Shown here: positions 61,201 to 64,000 of the stretch, one piece after another
Layout of the letters: every line of letters begins with the position of its first letter
Numbering within the stretch: position 1 is the first letter of the stretch
NCBI GenBank assembly: GCA_040507035.1
Contig: JBEVVR010000034.1
Coordinates: 28,589-92,588, forward strand
DNA length: 64,000 nucleotides
Source: Candidatus Thiodiazotropha sp.
GTDB taxonomy: Bacteria > Pseudomonadota > Gammaproteobacteria > Chromatiales > Chromatiaceae
Reading direction: 5' to 3'
The notes under the pieces: generated by a model
Seen by the model: the letters and a program-made list of their open reading frames with translations, nothing else
What the model was told of the DNA's origin: nothing
Database searches by the model: none
Position numbers and translations under genes: made by a program

Positions 61201-62594
61201 TGAATGGATTTACCAATGCAGCTGAAGGTCAAGCACCGTCGGCATTAAGTGTCGATCAGTACGCTACTGCTGCGGAGTCCATTGCCGCAGCAGCAGTCCA
61301 GTCCCTGGGGAGTTGGGCGCCATGCAATGACAGCAATGATGCGGCATGCGCACGTCGAGCGCTAAGCGCTATCGCGCCACGTATCTACAGGCACCCCCTG
61401 TCGACTGAGGAGAACACTGCTATTGACACCTTGATGGAAGGTGCTCTGAATACGGCCACGCCACAGGAGGCCCTCGGCCTGGCACTCACCGGGCTGCTCG
61501 AATCACCAAGCTTTCTCTATCGTCCTGAGTTTGGTACCTCCAACGCCATAGGCAACGCTAGGGAGCTGGATGCCTATGAACTTGCTTCACGCCTATCCTA
61601 CTTCTTCTGGAGAGACATACCTGATGACGAACTGTTGGCGGCAGCAGCGGATGGCAGTCTGCTGACAGACAGTGTCCTTCGCGCCCAGGCAAATCGCTTA
61701 TTGAACGATTCCCGAGCCAGACCGGTGTTGACTGACTTCTTCGTTCAGTGGCTCGGCTTGTACAAGCTCGATACCATGTCCCTTGACGCCGCCGCATTTC
61801 CTGAATTTGACACTGCACTGCGCAGCGACCTGAAGGCATCAGCGGTGAGTTATGTTGAGCATGCCCTGTGGAACGCGGACTCCTGGTCTGTTCTTATGTC
61901 TGGCAGCTATGGTTATGTCAATAACCGCCTGGCGCCGATCTTCGGTGTGCCTGCCCCGAATAGTGACCAACTGGTTCAGCTGAATCTGAACATGAGCGAG
62001 CGGGCAGGTGTACTGACTCAACCCGGCACCCTGGCCTCAACATCCCACGATGCCCGTCACTCACCCATCTTGCGTGGCGTGCAGTTCCTCACCGGGATTG
62101 TCTGTGCTCCCCCGCCAGCACCTGCCGCAGGTGTCGGGATGCCTGACGAGGATCTTGTTGTCGATGAATCGCAGGTGTGCACCACTCGCGATGAAGTTGC
62201 GATGAAACACAGTGCCTCCGCTGGTTGCTCTGCCTGCCATGATGCAATCGATAGCGCCGGATTCAATTTCGAAAATTACGATGCACTGGGTCGTTACCGT
62301 ACCGTGGAAAACGGTTGTCAAGTGGATGCCACGGGCAGTTTCGCAGGCACCGACATTACCGGTGTGTTACAAAATGCCGTTGACCTGGCGTTACAGCTAC
62401 CCACGAGTCGAACGGTAAGCAGCTGCATGACAGAACACATGTTCCGTTTTGCACTTGGCCGTAACGATAAGAGTCAGGATGCTTGCGAAATCTCAAGTCT
62501 CAGTAACCAACTGACAACTACAGATAGCATGCAATCATTGGTGATCGAACTTGTGATGTCACCTTCTTTCCGCAGCCGTCCAAGCACCAACTAA
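58254..62594 (+). CDS. 1446-aa secreted multidomain protein: monoheme cytochrome c, 5x PKD, 2x CBM2-like, acidic repeat linker, DUF1587/1595/1592/1588/1585-type module with a second CxxCH
   Basis: Signal peptide; CTLCH; five 'P.A...GPY.......FD.S...D.DG.I..Y.W.FGDG' units; two Trp-patterned CBM2-like units; 'IRRLTHTEYQNSV', 'LDAYELASRLSYFFWRDIPD', 'SPILRG', 'CSACHDAIDSAGFNFENYDALGRYR'. Confidence 0.82.
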   Translation: MHLKQRRIFSTQSVLVSLLVLFTVLIHSTQAQATSRLLNSWQAAYPNSLSDDNLADPCTLCHSDNSYSELNGYGWDMDRISNDYSALESLNSDNDPNNTSNLDEINGNTQPGWTAGANNVINGGSVTSNASPAQIIAGLHDPEVINQAPVADIGGPYSGTQNIELSFDASNSTDIDGIITDYAWDFGDGSSGNGVQVSHIYTATGNFNVTLIVTDDQGNSTTASTSVMIGAGNLPPVAYAMGPYTSQVGEAVSFDGSGTTDADGTIVSYDWNFGDGSFGTGVSPTHAYSASGTYNVTLTVTDDNNAVDSDVTSVSVEQANQAPTADPRGPYTGTVNTAVTFDASASSDADGQISSYQWDFGDGTTGTGVNPSHTYAVADVYNITLQVTDNNGASATATTTATIGDVIKEPPTAVAGGPYTGTVNQTLELSASGSTDPDGQITSYTWDLGDGNSANGSNVSHTYSDAGTFNITLTVTDNDGIMDTATTTAVIGLGNLSPTADAKGPYTTTIGTNVNFDGSGSVDPDGTIVAYDWDFGDNSTGTGPKPSHSYSAEGTYNVTLTVIDDSGAMDSAATTVTVTSNEDPEIVGSAEITKKFNWGRGFLGIGTINNDSNKPINMWEISFGADFEIYRIWGAKVLSHTDGIYIITAKGDNQSILPGEMVRFAFIAGPGDSPIPDEIALVDRGESTPGSGNQEVQTEVTMESVNEWRKGFQGMGSIHNTGDELIDGWTLSFDADFEIKRLWNARIVSHSENRYVLSGKRRSKIIEPGKAVTFGFIATPSGSLMPTHFLVNGSESNAGDDSDTGDNSDSGDDADTGDDADTGDDADTGDDADTGDDADTGDDADTGDDADTGDGNDTGDGADTGDDADTGDDADTGDGNDTGDGNDTGDGNDTGDGNDTGDGNDTGDGTDTGDGTDTGDGTDTGDGTDTGTTVGGLDCSGAVFGSSGAPIRRLTHTEYQNSVASLFPGVSLPSLNLPVDQRMNGFTNAAEGQAPSALSVDQYATAAESIAAAAVQSLGSWAPCNDSNDAACARRALSAIAPRIYRHPLSTEENTAIDTLMEGALNTATPQEALGLALTGLLESPSFLYRPEFGTSNAIGNARELDAYELASRLSYFFWRDIPDDELLAAAADGSLLTDSVLRAQANRLLNDSRARPVLTDFFVQWLGLYKLDTMSLDAAAFPEFDTALRSDLKASAVSYVEHALWNADSWSVLMSGSYGYVNNRLAPIFGVPAPNSDQLVQLNLNMSERAGVLTQPGTLASTSHDARHSPILRGVQFLTGIVCAPPPAPAAGVGMPDEDLVVDESQVCTTRDEVAMKHSASAGCSACHDAIDSAGFNFENYDALGRYRTVENGCQVDATGSFAGTDITGVLQNAVDLALQLPTSRTVSSCMTEHMFRFALGRNDKSQDACEISSLSNQLTTTDSMQSLVIELVMSPSFRSRPSTN
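60645..61040 (+). repeat. In-frame 18-bp tandem repeat, 22 units (TGDDAD/TGDGND/TGDGTD)
   Basis: Counted directly: 20 regular units plus 2 degenerate leading units, 396 bp in total. Confidence 0.95.
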
Positions 62595-62607
62595 TCAGGA
62601 GAGTGAC

Positions 62608-64000
62608 ATGACTAAACGAATCAATCGCAGAACCGCTCTCAAATTGATGGCTGGTACTACCGCCGGCGCCTCGCTTCCCTGGTTGTTCAGTCCCAGTGCG
62701 CGAGCAGCAACAGGGGTGCCATTGCGTATCCTTTTCATCGAGGTCGAATGGGGTGCCCGTCGCGGGAGCTGGGAACCCACCGTTGCCGGCCCACAGATGG
62801 TGCCCCAGGATCAAGTCGATACCGCATGGGCATTCCGCGACAAGATGCGCATGCTCGACCCCTATCGAAACCGTACCACGATATTTCAGAATCTGGATAT
62901 GCTGAGTGCCAAAGTCGATCCGACGGGACCTGCTAATGCCCATTTTGATGGGATGACGCAAATGCTGACAGCGGACAACCGGGTTTCTGCCGAACTTGGT
63001 AACGGGCCTTCCATCGACCAGTTCATCGCGCAGCAACTGGCTGCCAACGGGGTTGCCACTCGCTTGCAGTCCCTTGAGCTGCGTGCGACACCTGACGCCA
63101 GTCAATGGTCTCGCAGCGAAAGTTATCACGCCTACTCGGCACCTGGTCAGCAGGTGCCCTTTATGACCTATGTGCCGGACGTGTGGGATCGCTTGTTCCC
63201 GACCCCACTCGATCCTGGCGCGACAGTTCAAACGCCGGCCCAGACCCGAAGAACCCTGCTGCACACATTTGTTCGTGGCGAGTATGACCGCTTACTGACC
63301 AATGTGAGTTCTGAAGATCGTATCAAGCTCACGCAGATGCGCGACCTGCGAAGCGATCTCTACAATGCCGCGAATGTGGTCAGTGGACGCGACGCCTTCC
63401 GCCCATCACAGGCTTCGATCATCGATCCCTGGTCGCAGTTGGATGAGGGCTATGAAAAAGGCAACCCAAACAATCCGACCTGGCGGGTACATTGTGAGCT
63501 GATGGCGCAATTGGCAGCTGCTGCACTGCACACCGATACAACACGGGTTGTCAATCTGTCGTTCACCCGGCCACCGGACTATGAGTTTGGTTATAACAAT
63601 GGAGATTATGGCACTTCCGACAGCCACGCCCTCTACCATGAGGTGTGTGGCGATACCCCAACACTCACAAATTCGACTGCTGTTTCGACCGTCGACGCAT
63701 CGGATAAGCGTGGTTATGACCAGGTTCGCTACACCCTCGATTTCCTTGACAGTCTTCAGGAGACGGATGGAACCAGCCTGCTTGATAACACATTGGTTGT
63801 CGTCCACTCACAATTATCAGATGGTAGTCACGATCTGACACGTCTTCCCTGGCTGGTGATCGGTGATGCGCAAGGCTACCTTAGGACAGGTCAGTACATC
63901 CGCTTCCAGGCAATCAACCATAGAGACGGCCAGACAGTAACCGATGCTGACACCAACTTCCCTTACATATGGAATGGCGCCGGCCGCCCTCACAACGACC
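62608..64000 (+). CDS. Tat-exported DUF1552-type protein (3' truncated by window edge; missing from the supplied ORF track)
   Basis: AGGAG RBS; ATG 13 bp after the previous stop; MTKRINRRTALKL twin-arginine signal; 'GPSIDQFIAQ', 'TRVVNL', 'DGTSLLDNTLVV..SQLSDGSH...LPWLVIG', 'PHND'. Confidence 0.8.
   Translation, partial: MTKRINRRTALKLMAGTTAGASLPWLFSPSARAATGVPLRILFIEVEWGARRGSWEPTVAGPQMVPQDQVDTAWAFRDKMRMLDPYRNRTTIFQNLDMLSAKVDPTGPANAHFDGMTQMLTADNRVSAELGNGPSIDQFIAQQLAANGVATRLQSLELRATPDASQWSRSESYHAYSAPGQQVPFMTYVPDVWDRLFPTPLDPGATVQTPAQTRRTLLHTFVRGEYDRLLTNVSSEDRIKLTQMRDLRSDLYNAANVVSGRDAFRPSQASIIDPWSQLDEGYEKGNPNNPTWRVHCELMAQLAAAALHTDTTRVVNLSFTRPPDYEFGYNNGDYGTSDSHALYHEVCGDTPTLTNSTAVSTVDASDKRGYDQVRYTLDFLDSLQETDGTSLLDNTLVVVHSQLSDGSHDLTRLPWLVIGDAQGYLRTGQYIRFQAINHRDGQTVTDADTNFPYIWNGAGRPHND

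Overview
About 45 kb of a moderately GC-rich gammaproteobacterial chromosome, followed by an AT-richer mosaic region that starts right after tRNA-Thr(CGT) at 44757. The gene content (fccAB, HAO-family octaheme, DUF2892, rpfF/C) suggests a sulfur-oxidizing Chromatiales/Sedimenticola-Thiodiazotropha-like organism; this is inference only. Core part, in order: ccmI (partial); EF-G II; an operon of octaheme cytochrome, TPR protein, lipoprotein FccA and FccB, preceded by a perfect FNR box; a divergent rpfF/rpfC DSF quorum-sensing pair; an MFS transporter; a cusCBAF-type efflux cluster; dusA; a LysR-controlled pirin-cytochrome b561-flavodoxin-yceI cluster containing structured repeats with CsrA-type hexaloops; rimO; fkpB-ispH; two tandem type IV minor-pilin/PilY1 cassettes; thiO. 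The accessory part holds a membrane protein with a possible TIR/NDT-like domain, iorAB, katG with an OxyR box, remnants of IS110, IS3 and IS1595 elements, a Cys-repeat clan-A glycoside hydrolase lipoprotein, and a 1446-aa cytochrome c-5xPKD-2xCBM2-acidic repeat-DUF1592-type protein followed by a Tat-exported DUF1552-type partner that runs off the window. The two best candidates for undescribed systems are this cytochrome/CBM/DUF1592-DUF1552 locus and the octaheme-FccAB operon. No CRISPR array or rRNA was seen. All family assignments come from motif recognition by eye; no database search was run.
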